A stretch of DNA of 64,000 nt from Octopus sinensis (taxonomy: Eukaryota). How positions within the stretch are numbered: position 1 is the first letter of the stretch; each line of letters starts with the position of its first letter. Made by a program: the position numbers and the translations under genes. Shown one piece after another: positions 1-12,959 of the stretch. Below the pieces are notes generated by a model. The model was not told the origin of the DNA, made no database searches, and worked only from the letters and a program-made list of their open reading frames with translations. The stretch is taken from assembly GCF_006345805.1 (NCBI RefSeq), contig NC_042997.1, positions 120,218,001-120,282,000 of the forward strand, written 5' to 3'.

Positions 1-766
1 GAGATATGTGGGTGTGTGAATGTGTGTGTTTTGTTAGAGTGTCTATATATATGTATATATATATATATATGTAATATGTGTGTGTGTGTGTGTTCTCGAA
101 CATGCTCACATGAATGGAGCTAGTGCACATGATCTATACGGCACCATTATTCTTTGTAGCAATTCTGGAATCTTGCTATTTTTGCGCTACAAAGTCAGAA
201 AAATCTCCAAGTAAGCATTCTGGTTGTCATGTAGAATTATACCTCTTCAATGAATGAACCAAAATCCTTCGTGCAATTTTTACGAAATACAAGGCATTTG
301 GCAACATACCCACAATAACAAAAGTATTATTCTGAAAAATCACTACAATTCTTAGTTTCCGTCTCCTTCTCCATCTAATTCTTATTGTTGTTCTTCTTGG
401 TGTTCTTATTTCTGCTATTATTGTTATTTTTCTTCGTATGATTATGTATATTGTTCTTTGTCTCTTTCCTTTAGCTACTAAGAGAACAATAATATTCAGA
501 ACATATGCATGAATTTATGAGGAAAAAATGGCATGTAAAACTATTTATAAATCGTACAGCTACACAATTATAGCTTGTGGTCTCATATTGATCTATTTTC
601 TTCGAATAAACAATATGCTTCCAAATTTATTAACAGGATTTCTTTTAGGAAAGTTGTTTTTACGCAGAGAAATATTGAAATAATTCAAAAATGCATATAT
701 AGGTCCTTGTCAAGGAATGTGTTTATATGTGTATGCGTATATGCAGAGACAGTAAGAGAGAAGGAT

Positions 767-1111
767 CGTCGTGTCACTCCGTCGATTACGACGGTTCCAC
801 TTGATCCGATCAACGGAACAGCTTAAGTGTAAGTGGTACTCCACAGACAGGTGTACTCTTAACGTTGTTCTCGGGAAGATTCAGCGTGACACAGTGTGTG
901 ACAAGGTTGGTCCTTTTGAAATACGGGTACAACAGAAACAGGAAGAAAGAGTGAGAGAAGTTTGTGGTGAAAGAGTATAGGAGAGTTCACCACAACAACC
1001 AGCCGGAGCTTCGTGCAGCTTTAAGCGTTTACTCTCAATAAACACTCACAACGCCCGGTGTGGGAATCGAAACCGCGATCCAATGGCTATTGGGCCATTG
1101 CGCCTCCACAG
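767..1111 (-). mobile_element. tRNA-derived SINE with family-C head and a different 3' tail, single insertion
   Basis: Minus strand starts TGTGGAGGCGCAATGGCCCAATAG..GGTTTCGATTCCCACACCGGGCG (A/B boxes; the head has an internal deletion). It aligns with the 12649-12959 copy only over about 945-1110. An 11-bp direct repeat GAGAGAAGGAT lies at 756-766 and 1112-1122 (TSD). Confidence 0.85.
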
Positions 1112-1420
1112 GAGAGAAGGATAATTCATAATGATATGCGTGAGTGTCTTTGTGTATTTAATCATGATATAAATACATATGCACACATACCAACACGGAC
1201 ACACGCCCGCACAAAGACAAATATTGTCATATATTTACGCTTAAAAGTATCTACACACATAAATTGAAGAAATAACTCAGTAGACATCGCTTTAATATAT
1301 ATTAATCTAAATATCTGTACCTTCACAGTGCCGCCAAAATTACTATCACTGTGTTTGATATATATGCGTAGAGACACAGATTCACAATGGTATACAGACA
1401 CACATATAGTTTTATATATA

Positions 1421-1836
1421 TATTTCTTTACTTCCCACAAGGGGTTAAACATAGAGGGGACAAACAAAGACAGAAAAAGGGATGAAATCGATTACATCGA
1501 CCCCAGTGTGAAAATTGTTCTTTATTTATCGACCCCGAAAGGTAGAAAGGCAAAGCCGACCTCTGCTTAATTCGAACTCAAAATGTAACGACACACAAAA
1601 TACCTATTTCTTTACTACCCACAAGGAGCTAAACACTGAGGGGACAAACAATGACAGACAAACGGATTAAGTTTATTAAATCGACCCCAGTGCGAAACTG
1701 GTACTTAATTTATCGACCCGGAAAGGATGAAATGCAATGTCGACCTCGGCAGAATTTGAACTCAGAACGTAACGGCAGACGAAATACGGTTACGAATTTC
1801 GCCCGGCGTGCTAACGATTCTGCCAGATCGCCGCCT
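1421..1836 (-). mobile_element. tRNA-derived SINE family B, with the internal module duplicated
   Basis: Reverse complement of the GGCGGCGAGCTGGCAGAATCGTTAGCACGCCGGGCG head plus the GTCGACTTTGCCTTTCATCCTTTCGGGGTCGATAAA core seen at 26567 and 33788. The TATTTCTTTACT.CCCACAAGG tail occurs twice. Confidence 0.9.
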
Positions 1837-2559
1837 TCTTACAGTTTTATATATACAGCTGTATACATATATCACAGATAGGTGTATTTGCTTATGTATA
1901 TAAGCATGCACGCTTCTCGCGTGGGAAAATGTAATGATATAAATTGATATTCAAAATACAAATCATTAACAGCGGCTTATGCATATGAATGGTTAGACGT
2001 GGCTCAAGAATGCATCATAGAATTTATACCTTTAAATGTTTTCCAGAATTGCTGTTGCCGTCAGTAATGTATGCGTCAATGCAATTTGAACGGGCAAATG
2101 GCAATTGAAAATATTCAATGTTATGCTTACGTGGTATAATTGTCAAATACTTATATAAAACATATTTGTCGTTTTATTTATATTTTTATATAAAAATCTA
2201 TGAATCTACATTCATGTTAATATCATGCGTAGGATCATATCTTTATGTTAGATATTTTATTTATTATATTATGTTATTATCATATTATGTATTTCTGTGT
2301 GTATGAAAGTTATATTTCTGGACATCAAGATTCTGACCGTTATATATTTTATTTTAAACATAGATATATATATACATACATATGTGTGTATGTATATATA
2401 TCGAGGGTATGAAAGGTGTCAGGTAATGTTAAGTAAGTGTTATGGATAGAGCATAGTTAAGCTCCAGGTTTGATAATGTTACGAATGAGGAGTCCAACGT
2501 GGGTCATATATTAGCATGTATGTATATATATATATATATATAAATTCATAGAGTGAGAT

Positions 2560-2990
2560 TTAAAAAATCCTAGGCAGTAAATAGTTTCCAGTACATTTAT
2601 AAAGAAAATATCCTACAGCTGTTTTCGAGACATTTCATATATCCCTTCATCAGAGAGGGTGCGAGAAAATGTTTGAGTATTAATTATTGTAGAGAAGATA
2701 TAAAATACAGGGGGAAAGAAGAGAATGAATATAGAAGTGAAACACATATTGTATTTGCAGTTCCATTATTCGAGTAGAATTTTGTATATAAGTCGTGAAG
2801 AATGCTCCTGTACATTGTGAGTAAGTTTCTATGGTAGTTATATTTGGTCATTCCAAGCATAGTGCCTTGTAAATGGTATTGTTCGATCGAGGGGGATGTG
2901 TGCGAATAAAATCTGGGAATGTATTTGCAATATTAATGGATGGGTGGAGGGAGGAGAGTATATATTATTAGAAAGAAATGGATTTTTTAA
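2560..2990 (-). mobile_element. Decayed Penelope-like element fragment (GIY-YIG remnant plus pLTR with HHR-like motif)
   Basis: Minus frame reads ..SNNTIYKALCLE*P.., resembling the GIY-YIG N-terminal xVYKITC motif. It is followed by CTGATGA..GAAAACAGCTGTA at 2610-2657. The motif GTTCGATCGAGGGGGAT..GAATAAAAT is shared with 3820-3860. Confidence 0.5.
2610..2657 (-). ncRNA. Degenerate minimal hammerhead ribozyme motif (PLE type)
   Basis: CTCT-CTGATGA-A-GGGAT..GTCTC-GAAA-ACAGCTGT-A-GGAT: intact CUGAUGA and palindromic stem III, with one extra A in GAAA and a weak stem I. Confidence 0.55.
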
Positions 2991-3152
2991 ATCTCATTCT
3001 GTCAATTTACATATACATACATATATACATACACACACTCACACACAAACGCACACACATATATATATATAATGGAGAAATTGTGCACAATGTATAAATA
3101 GATGATGAGGAAAACCGAAACAGAAAATCTTCCGTAAAACTTTTTTATTGAT

Positions 3153-3194
3153 GTACACGAAGAGACCCAGAATTGGTCAAAACATGTGTCGTAC
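3153..3194 (+). ncRNA. Degenerate hammerhead-like motif
   Basis: GTAC-A-CGAAGA-GACC-CAGAATT-GGTC-AAAAC-ATGT-GTC-GTAC: stem II GACC/GGTC and stem I GTAC/GTAC are present, but the core lacks U4 and has G12>A. AATAAA follows. Confidence 0.4.
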
Positions 3195-3294
3195 CCAATA
3201 AAAATCTTTTCTCCTTCCTTCTATTTTATTAATGTTGTATATATATAATTTGAAGTTACAAAAAAAAATTGAAGACTGGTGTGTAATCAACAAA

Positions 3295-3417
3295 CAGTTG
3301 TGGCTGTATGGTAAGTAACTTGCTTCCCAACCACATGGTTCCGGGTTCAGTCTCACTGCGTGACACCTAGCCTCAAGCTGACCAAACTTGTGAGTGGATT
3401 TGGTAGACGGAAACAAA

Positions 3418-3503
<86 letters not shown>

Positions 3504-3695
3504 GGGTGTTTGTGTTTGTATCCCCTCTGAACATCGCTTGACAACCGATGCTGGTGTGTTTATGTCCCCGTAACTTAGCGGTTCGGCAAAAGGAACCGAT
3601 AAAATAAGTAGTAGGCTAACACAGAATAAGTCTTGGGGTCGATTTGTTCGACTAAAGGCGGTGCTCCAGTAAAACAAAAGAAAAATAAAAGAAAA
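3295..3695 (+). mobile_element. tRNA-derived SINE family A (central microsatellite)
   Basis: GTGGCTGTATGGTAAG..GGTTCCGGGTTCAGTC head, (TA)n centre and CGCTTGACAACCGATGCTGGTGTGTTTA..GGCGGTGCTCCAG tail as in 50261-50690, with two internal deletions. Confidence 0.9.
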
Positions 3696-3730
3696 GGTAT
3701 ATTAGTTTAACGCTGAGGAGGGTGAGAATG

Positions 3731-3768
3731 TCTATTACGTTTTGAACCTACGCTCTTCAACAGAAAGG
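3731..3768 (-). ncRNA. Variant hammerhead motif (CUGUUGA core), degenerate copy
   Basis: CCTTT-CTGTTGA-A-GAG-CGTAGG-TTC-AAAAC-GTA-ATAGA; same family as 27547-27584. Confidence 0.45.
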
Positions 3769-4719
3769 AACATTGAAAGATAAACAGACAGAGAATGAAA
3801 AGAGCCTTGTAAGCCCTGTTGTTCGATCGAGGGGGATTTTGGTGTGAATAAAATTTCGGAATATAGACTTGAAATAGTCAAATATGCGCACACATACACA
3901 ATCACATATAACATACGCATACAAATAAAATCCTCTTTAAATGTACTATTCTATTTCCCTCAGATCATTGGTTGTCGCCAACAATAAGAGTATTTCATCC
4001 CTGTATACAATATTCATGGAAATAGTGACGGGTGACAGGATTTGATTATTGTTACCCTGAATCCCGACTTCTTTGTGGTTGATGAATATACTTATACCTG
4101 CAGATTATTAACTGCATAAAGCATATTCGATAGCCATATAGCACTTTCTTTATTTATGTGTAACTATTTTTTGTAAGATGTGTCAACGATAAAACATGCG
4201 ATTAGAATTTATATGGTCCTCTTGTATTTAATGTTTATATTCTTTGTACTTTTTAAGTTCTTATGTATGATCGAATCCGTTTCATGAACACGGAACATCT
4301 TGAGGCTATCTACATTAATTGTAACGTACTTTTGTCACACTTACGGAAGTCGTATATGTAATTGGAAAGCAAAACTTTTTAAAAGGAATTATTGTCAAGT
4401 TTCTGATTTCCAAAGGTAATTCATTTTAAATCTCCTCGGTAAAAGCGATAATGCAATACAAAAAGTGCTTACACTTGATTCTCCACAATAGAGGGATTTT
4501 CTAATTAAAATAAATCGTATTCACTTCCTATTGATTACTCTTTATCTATTTAGTCTTTTCAGGTGATAATTGGTGCTGTTTCCTCGCCTTAATTCATCTC
4601 TAACAGAGTATAAAATGCACGAAACCCGCCACCATTTTATCCTACATTGAAAGACAAGGTTTTCAGAACCACATAACTTCATGTCATTCTTTTTTATATA
4701 AATATAAAAAAAGATATGG

Positions 4720-5060
4720 CCAAGCAACTGTATTTCAGGTCTTTTATTTCAGCTTTCAGATGAATGAGGCACCATTATGTGTCTCCCTCATATACTTTCA
4801 TGGATCCTGGATACTGGTCTTCTTAATATTGCTTTAGGTTTATATGCATCGTTACGTATCTGCTTCTTCAACCTTAACAAAGTCAGTACTTCAGTGCCCT
4901 TTCAGCAGTTGTTTATCGCCAGGTCTAATGTAATTGCGCACTCATTTAAAACTAATAATCTAAGGTATTCCAAATATGAGTTGCTGACATCTCCTAAGGG
5001 CGTTTCTTCCATTTTAATGTATCTTCATCTAATTTCAGGAAATTTACTTGGGTGATTCTT
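4720..5060 (-). mobile_element. Decayed non-LTR retrotransposon (CR1/L2-like) ORF2 C-terminal fragment
   Basis: Minus frame EETPLGDVSNSYLEYLRLLVLNE..LTLLRLKKQIRNDAYKPKAILRRPVSRIHESI*GRHIMVPH resembles the post-RT YLG..L..AY..IxRPxLEY..VWxPH region. It contains in-frame stops. Confidence 0.4.
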
Positions 5061-7589
5061 GTAAATTCACTTTCCACATAAATGGTCTCCCTTATTAGTG
5101 TAAACTTGTGTTTTATTAGTTTGCCCGTACGTGTTTATTTAACTGCTTTCTAGTGCATATATCTGTTCACAATATGAGCAGTAATCGAAGTTTCGGAAAT
5201 AATACGTCCTAACATCCGCATCACTGCACATTAGAGAAAATGCATAACATGAAGCCTGGTAGATAATTACTTGCGGGACGAAAATATATTAGGCAGATTG
5301 CATTTTTGTTGACATTGATTCCAAACACTCTACGTTATGTTACCTGGGATGAAGTTTGAAAATCCCTGAAGCGAGAGTGATATTCATGAATGAAAAAAAA
5401 TGCAGTAGCCATTTCTAGAGGGCGATTGGGACTCCACTGTTGGTCAGTAATTCTGCATTTTGCTTAAATAGCCATTGCATTAAAAAGTTTAAACTTGTAT
5501 TTTCCTACGAGGTTGGTTAACAGAAAAACTAAACGCTTTTGATCAGTTACGTGCGGGAGGCATGGCTTTAAACCAGATAGCGTTTCTCTCTCTTCGTAAA
5601 TATGAATGAAAAGACAAAATCAGTAAATTATATTCCCAACTACCGACGTTGAAAGTATAATTCTATGACAATTCGATTTTACACAACTGTTAAGACTGTT
5701 GACTGAAATACGCACATAATGTCCCAGGTTAATTACAACGGAAAGTGATCCGAGAGTGTCATTTAGGAATGTGTAGCATCTTTCTAATGCCGTCCTCAAA
5801 TTCGACTTTCTGGATAATAAATGTCAACTGTAATTTAATATCATCTTACTTAACTATTTTGTTCTTTATTTAAAGAAATAGAGCCGAAAGTAATATAGGT
5901 AACTACTTTCAAGTAACATGAAACAGACCAGAGGAAAACCACTCAATTAGCGTCCGAAACACCTGTAGAGAATAATTATTTGATATTTTGACAAAATTTT
6001 ACATTACCACCTCAGAAAATACGTCTTCCGAGATATTTATGCATTATTTCCAGAAAATGCTCTTATCTTAGTGAAAATTGTCAATGTCGAAAATGTGTGA
6101 GTAATAATTCAGAATACAATTTTAAATGCTTTAAAATAAATTCATTTTAAAGACTTAATTCGATCACACTCTATGGGGATTTTCAATAAAATATATTTAA
6201 AAATTATGCGATAAGTAGGATAACGAAATATTGTGAATGTTATTTCTTCATAATGATGGTTCGATAACATTCCGAAACAATGGAATGCAAAGGCATTATA
6301 ACTCTGTTTTCTGATGGCTGATTCATTAATACGGAAATAACCTTGAATTTTATGTAGATCTTTGTAATATTTTCTATGGAATGTGATAGATCGTGGTCTA
6401 CATTTACTACTGTTTAAAGATATGTAATGTAGTTACAAATCATATATCATAGTATTACAGTAAAATTATATCAAACATAAAAAATAATTTTCTACGTATT
6501 TATAAGTTAAAATTAGTCAAGTCGTTACATATAACAATGACAAGATTTTGTAATTATAGAGCTTTGCTTATACGACGGGTGACCGTGTAAGATACACTGA
6601 GTAGAAAATGAAATACACACAGTATTCTACGAACGAAGATTTACGTGATCGTGATATGTTGTAAAGCCTGATATCAAAACCTACCGTGCTTACACACAGA
6701 AGTATATATTGAAATAATGTTTACAATATAATTGAAACTGTGTTTGGATGGTCATAAATGAAGAAAATTTGATGATTAGTCAATTATTTTAAAACTAATC
6801 TGAAAGACGCTACCGATGTAGATTTCTGAAATTTTCATGTAGATTAATAAGTCATTCATTACAAAATTATCATTCATTCGCTGTAATATAACAATTATTT
6901 AGAAAATATATTATATATAGACATTCAACTGAATGCCGATGACTTACATTTCACAATATTGTACCCCTCAGGAGTAGAATCTCTTTGCTTACAAGGAGGT
7001 TATAATATAATACATGGGGTGCAAGCATGAATAAATTCATAGTGTATTTAGAACTTTGTTTATAAACAAATACACAGAAGAATATGTTTAATATTTGCGC
7101 AAAATTGAGACTGAAGATTCGGTGGACACGTTTAAATCCTGCCGAAAGCACATTTATATTTCATTTTCGCGACGTCGTTGATATATATATTACCAGTCCA
7201 AGACGGCATTTAATATTCTTGGACGCATACGTTTTCCAAAATAAAATTCTGTGTTCTAGGAATACTCTCCATAAGTTGGGAAACGGGTGCATAAATACAC
7301 GTCTAACAATCAGATATCTACAATTCACTTGCAATACTAGTCGGAGCAACGGCACCATTAGGGCTACGTGATGGTTAATGTTTCCTTGAAGTCTACAGCA
7401 TTTGATTTTAAGAGTAACGACTGAGATTTCTTGAGGATATCATGTTCAAAATTAGAAGTTAACAAAATATTATAGAACCTTTAATTTACACTTAATGCGA
7501 AATGGCGGTCTAGTATCGCTTATAAAATTTCTTTCATATTAAGCCACAATTCTCTTCAATATCGTTTTCCAAATACATTATTATCAGTG

Positions 7590-8443
7590 TGCGATAGGTA
7601 AATTGGCGCCATTTTATACCTTTAATTTCGCGCATGCAATTTTTTTGTATTTGATTTTGTCGACTATATAGTATAGAAGGGTCAGTTGGACTCCGTCTCT
7701 GAGGAAGAAGCATGATGACACAATTCACTCTGCTAGAAATTTAGAAACGACATGCTGTAATGACTGGCATTCGTGCCGGAAGATCCAATACAAATATTTC
7801 AGATTGTTTGCGTATCAATCTGAGGACTATGCAATCTGAGAACATGTACTGAGAGTGATACAAATCAAACATCCAGTCCACATCATGGTGTTTGTGGTAA
7901 TGACTAGTGATAGCGACGTTATGCCTCTATTGAGCTTCCCACTCGGTCTCAGACTCAACGCACAGACCCGCACCAAGGGCATTAAAGACGTAGTGCTGCC
8001 CTAGGTCAGGTGGCTGTCTGCTGGAAGACCCTATGTCTGTCAACAGGACTCTGCACCATACCACACAAACATGGCTGTCAGACAATTTCTGCGACACAAT
8101 CACCGCTAACATCTGGCCACCTAACTCCCCAAACTGCAGTACCCCACTGATTATTATGTGTGGGTTGCAGTTGAGCGAGTAACCAATATAAAATCCCTCT
8201 AACACCAAACATGAACTGAAGGCAAGGATTATGGCAGCATTTACCAACTTTAACAAGAAGATCGTCCAGAAGAGTTGCAGAAGATTCCGAAGTCATCTGG
8301 AGGCCGTGGTTGAAGCCAATGGCGATTTTATTGAATAAGTTTATTATTCAGTATTTCAAGATATTTGTATGTATTTTTACTAATCATATCTGTGAAAATG
8401 AGTGGTCAGTGTTATTTTCATTTTTGCGTAATTCAGACGACAG
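7590..8443 (+). mobile_element. Tc1/mariner (DD37D maT-like) internally deleted transposon
   Basis: Frameshifted MTQFTL..RHAVMTGIRAGRSN (HTH), then QQDSAP.H..WPPNSP..DYYVW..KARIMAAF..RRFRSHLEAVVEANGDFIE* (stop near 8337). The right end resembles a TIR (TTTGCGTAATTCAGACGACAG). No left TIR was found, so the start is approximate. Confidence 0.85.
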
Positions 8444-8574
8444 TTTATTCACTTGTCAAATTATTAATGGTTTCAATGTCAGGCACATTGTTAGCGATTT
8501 CTGGGATGGGGTTGTAATTCATCGGTTCTAATTCTCACTTATTGCTTATTTTACAGATACCGAATGAATGAAAA

Positions 8575-8870
8575 CAAAAATCGATCTCACTGACATCTGA
8601 ACACAGAACGTAAAGTCGAAGGAAATACAACTCAGCCTTTTGTACGGTGCAGTAACGGTTCTAAGATTCTACCAGCTCACGGTCTTACTTTTATCATATT
8701 AATAACGATTTCAAATGTTGCCACAAGGCCAGTTATATCGCGAATGGGGAAAGCTAACTATATCGACACCAGTGCTCAATAGGTAGTTATGTTATTGACC
8801 ACGAAGAGATGGGAAGCAAAATCGACCTCGACGAATTTGAGCTTAAAACATAGAGATAAAAAGTTACAAT
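8575..8870 (-). mobile_element. Old, diverged SINE family B copy
   Basis: Patchy matches (AATCGACCTCGACGAATTTGAGC, TATCGACACCAGT, ACCAGCTCAC) to the reverse complement of family B. Confidence 0.55.
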
Positions 8871-9500
8871 TTAAACACTTGCTGACCCTGTGCTAAAATT
8901 TGAAGTCTATATTAAGGTGATGCGTTTGGGAATTCAGTTCAGCAGAAATCTCGAAACGTATAAAGGTTTAGCGTTACATGATGTTTCTATCTCGCGGTGT
9001 CTCTCCCCAAATCTAACTTTGAATCAGAAACTGACGTAACCAAGCTTAGTAATTAGATGCTTAATTGCGTAACTTAACATTTGAAAACCATCTTGTAAAA
9101 CTAAAAGAAAGCTCTTGTATCAGTAAATGTCATGAACTAGTGTAATTTAATTGAGATATCAATCCTTTCTCAATGCACTTCCTTTTCAGGATATGAGTGT
9201 GTATGTGAGCGTGTGTGTTTGTGCTTATACTTGTGTGTGTGTGATGTGTATGAGTGTGTGTGTGTATGTGTGTGTGTGTGTGTGTGTGTTGAAAGACATG
9301 GTAATGAGATTATTCCCATCTCGTTTTTTAAAGTTTTCATTTTGTTTGGTTTGGTTTGTTAGCAATTCCAATATAACTTCCATTATCAATGGAGAGAATT
9401 AATTATTCTTTCGTCATTAACTACTAATAATGTAATAAACAATAACAAGAACAGAATGTATATATGCTGTAACGAGGCAAAATCATTTTCATAAAATGTT

Positions 9501-9561
9501 GTATGTATATTTACATATATATATATACATATGTATATATAAATATATGCATATATATATG

Positions 9562-9624
<63 letters not shown>

Positions 9625-9632
9625 GCATATAT

Positions 9633-9703
<71 letters not shown>
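9501..9703. repeat. Compound (TA)n/(TACA)n microsatellite
   Basis: About 200 bp of near-pure AT dinucleotide. Representative of many tracts (e.g. 3420-3501, 10900-10970, 39065-39142, 42700-42848, 49080-49170, 56868-56922). Confidence 0.95.
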
Positions 9704-9705
<2 letters not shown>

Positions 9706-10906
9706 AATAGAGACGGAGAGAGGGAAGGGTAGAATATGTTACGGAGGCTGACAAAAGCGGAGAGTGATTGCTAGATGGAAAAATAGTTATATGCGCGTAT
9801 GAGTACATAAAAAAATTGAAGTTGATACATTTTTTTACTATTTCATTTACCAACATTCACGGAATAGATAAAAATACGTGCGCATGTATATGTGTGTGTA
9901 TGCGTGTGCGTGTGGGTGTATTTATGGATGTACGTATATATTCAAGTATGCCACTGTGTGTATATATGTGCTTCTATATATGCATGCATATATGTATAGT
10001 TTTGAAAAGTATTTTCTGAAAGCCATTAAATAAATGTGAGAAAGTATGAGCTAAAACTATAATGGAACACATTAATACATCCATTAAATGTTTACATTTT
10101 CGATATTCTCACTCGTACAAAACACTATATTTTATATAAGTGATTGGATATCTTTTGTACTCATATATAAACATGTCATATTTCAATGTGTGAACACCGA
10201 AGACTATGAAATATCAGCTTTAGAAAACGACAACACATTACGTTATTGAGAGCAGCATTGTATTTCCAATATAAGAATATTTGAATCATTGAATATTGCC
10301 TATTCTGTTTAAATTTGAAATAAAATATGCAACATATGTTTGCAGTCATTCATGACGATTTTATTCTAAGCACACACGCAAAATCCCCGATCATATATAT
10401 ATATATATATACATATATTGCGGGGCTCTTCCTGGATATAAATGGAAGTAACATCGAACAGCCATATTAATGTGGCGACAAACATGACTTCCCATTATAG
10501 CTACAACTTCAATCTCTTATCGGGATCTTCTAGCTACCTGCTTTACTTGTTTCAAGATCAGTGACTGATTGTCGCTTTGTTATCTATATATTGCAACGTG
10601 GAGCAAATTCTTACTATCTCTAGTGGTCGGGTGTTCACCAATGAAGATTGGTACAAATAGCTTGAAAGCTTCCGGTTTGGTGATTCCGTCGACTACTTAA
10701 AGTTGTTAGGGGTTCGCTCCCTTCTTTGCAGTACATATCGGGTTGAGAGTGCACTACTAACAAGCTGATGGAAGATCTGCTCTGGTTTAAGCGGTAGTAA
10801 TTTCAAACATCCATACTGTAGCAAGAAACATTAATTCTGAGAATACTTACTACTTTAATCTCTTAATTGGATTTTTCGAACTAGCTACTCTGCTTGTTAC
10901 ATATAT

Positions 10907-10972
<66 letters not shown>

Positions 10973-11698
10973 CAAATGACTGACGAAAGATGGAATATAC
11001 GAGAATTTATTATTAATCACGACACTTGTTTCGACACATCTAGCATCGCACATTCAATCTTCCTTCAGTCTTTTAATTCTCGTATATTCCATCTTCCGTC
11101 TTTCATTTGAGATATTGCTAGTGATCACTGTGAAAGTGACCGTGCTTTACCAGTAAGCTGCCAAGTATAAGCCATTCATTTTATTAGCCATTATGTGTGT
11201 GTGTAGGTGTGTCTATGTCAAGAAATGAAGATATGAATGCTATTGCAATTATTTTATAACTGAAGTTTGAAGGCACAGGCAATTTAGTAATTTCTGAGAA
11301 AAACTTCGCCATTCCCTTAAATTGAATATTTGTATATTTTAGTCGACACACTTTTAAAGAATAATCATTGGATAATATAAACACTATTAAACATTTCCTT
11401 GAGTACATGTATTAAAAATTCTGCTTTCATGAACAAGGAAAACGTAATCTTCAGTAAAATAATAAATAGTTAAGTACAAATTACAGATACAGGTTTAGTG
11501 GGTATTCAGGATAAAAATTATACCGTTGATGTATTCATTCATAAATATTATTTCTTAAATTTATGTCCGACGGTGAATTGGTAGAGCGAAAGATGCAGTC
11601 GAATTGCATCATAAACCGATTCAAAATTAATATACGACGTTTAAATATACGACGTTTAATATACGACGTTTTTCAAATAAATCTGAGTATTATGTTAC

Positions 11699-11733
<35 letters not shown>

Positions 11734-11769
11734 CAGATATATATACATATATATATATATGTATGTATA

Positions 11770-11960
11770 TGATTGTGTGTCTGTGTTTGTCCCCCTACCA
11801 ACGCGTGACAACCGATTTTGGTGTGTGTAAGTTCCCGTAAACTAGCGGTTCGGCAAAGGGCAACGATAGAATAGGTACTAGGCTTACAAAGAATAAGGCG
11901 GTGCTCCAGCATGGACGCAGTCAAATGACTGAAGCAAATTAAAGAAAAAAGAATAAAAGA
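11770..11960 (+). mobile_element. SINE family A, 3' half only
   Basis: GTGTTTGTCCCCC..GACAACCGAT..AGCGGTTCGGCAAA..GGCGGTGCTCCAGCATGGACGCAGTCAAATGACTGAA plus an AAAGA tail. Confidence 0.85.
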
Positions 11961-12648
11961 TTATACATACATATGTATATATGTATGTGTGTGTGTGCGC
12001 GTGTGTGTGTGTTTAAGTATGTATGTATGCATGTATGTACGTATGTGTGTATGTATGTATGTATGTATTTATGTATGTATAAAAGACACTCAATGATGTA
12101 TGTATAGACAGATAACTAGCAGCCAGAACATAATCGGATGCCCATGCTTTCGAGACTTGACTTGATTATGAACTAGATTTAAATTACAAATAAACGTTAC
12201 GATGCATATTACACAGAAAGAAGATTGAGAGTTTAATTATATATTACAATTTTCCATTTTCAGCAACACAAATAGTGTATATTCTATAATTACGCATTGA
12301 ATATTGAATATATTTCACTGTGTGTTGCTTGGCTAGTTATGTGAAATAATTCAAATATCAATATAAACCCAATAAACTAATGTGACAAAGAAATATTTGG
12401 TGCATTAGCATATATTTACTGTGAACGTTATGTTCTTAGTTAGGCTGTCGGTTATCTAATTAAATAAAGTTCTAATGAGAATTGCTTACCTTTGGAAAAG
12501 AAAATGTGTAGTTGTAAGTTTTAAATAGAAATTTCAGAATTAAAAAATCAAACTTAATTCCCGCTGATATATTTAGAATACTAAAATATTAATTTCAGCT
12601 TCCAGTTCCTGCTTTGATTTCAAATCTGCTATCCTTGATATTATTCAT

Positions 12649-12959
12649 CACTGTGATCACCGTGACCGACCAGGCTATCAGATGTTGCTACACATCGCTG
12701 GTCACAATGTGCTTCGCATTGTTTTAGCCTTCAAATAACGCCACCCCGCTGGCTAAGCGAGCAGGCCAACAGAAGAAATAGTGAGAGAAAGTTGTGGCGA
12801 AACAGTACAGCAGGGATGGTCACCACCCCCTGCCTGAGCCTCGTGGAGCTTTAGGTGTTTTTGCTCAATAAACACTCACAACGCCCGGTCTGGGAATTAA
12901 AACCGCGATCCTAAGCCCGCGAGTTCGCTGTCCTAACCGCTGGGTCATTGCGCCCCCAC
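12649..12959 (-). mobile_element. Full-length tRNA-derived SINE family C with TSD
   Basis: Minus strand starts GTGGGGGCGCAATGACCCAGCGGTTAGG (tRNA-like head). A 12-bp TSD GATATTATTCAT lies at 12637-12648 and 12960-12971. Confidence 0.92.

Noticed and set aside
160-210. 51-nt candidate micro-exon (TTCTTTGTAG|..CCAA|GTAAGC), open in all three frames
   Set aside because: Such AG..GT pairs arise by chance. No partner exons or recognisable peptide were found.
10400-10850. GC-balanced block, possibly a LINE remnant
   Set aside because: Translations gave no convincing motif, so no call can be supported.
11629-11671. Three tandem AATATACGACGTTT units, superficially array-like
   Set aside because: There are no spacers, so this is a local slippage duplication and not a CRISPR array. 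Similar small duplications occur near 32950, 39950 and 56362.
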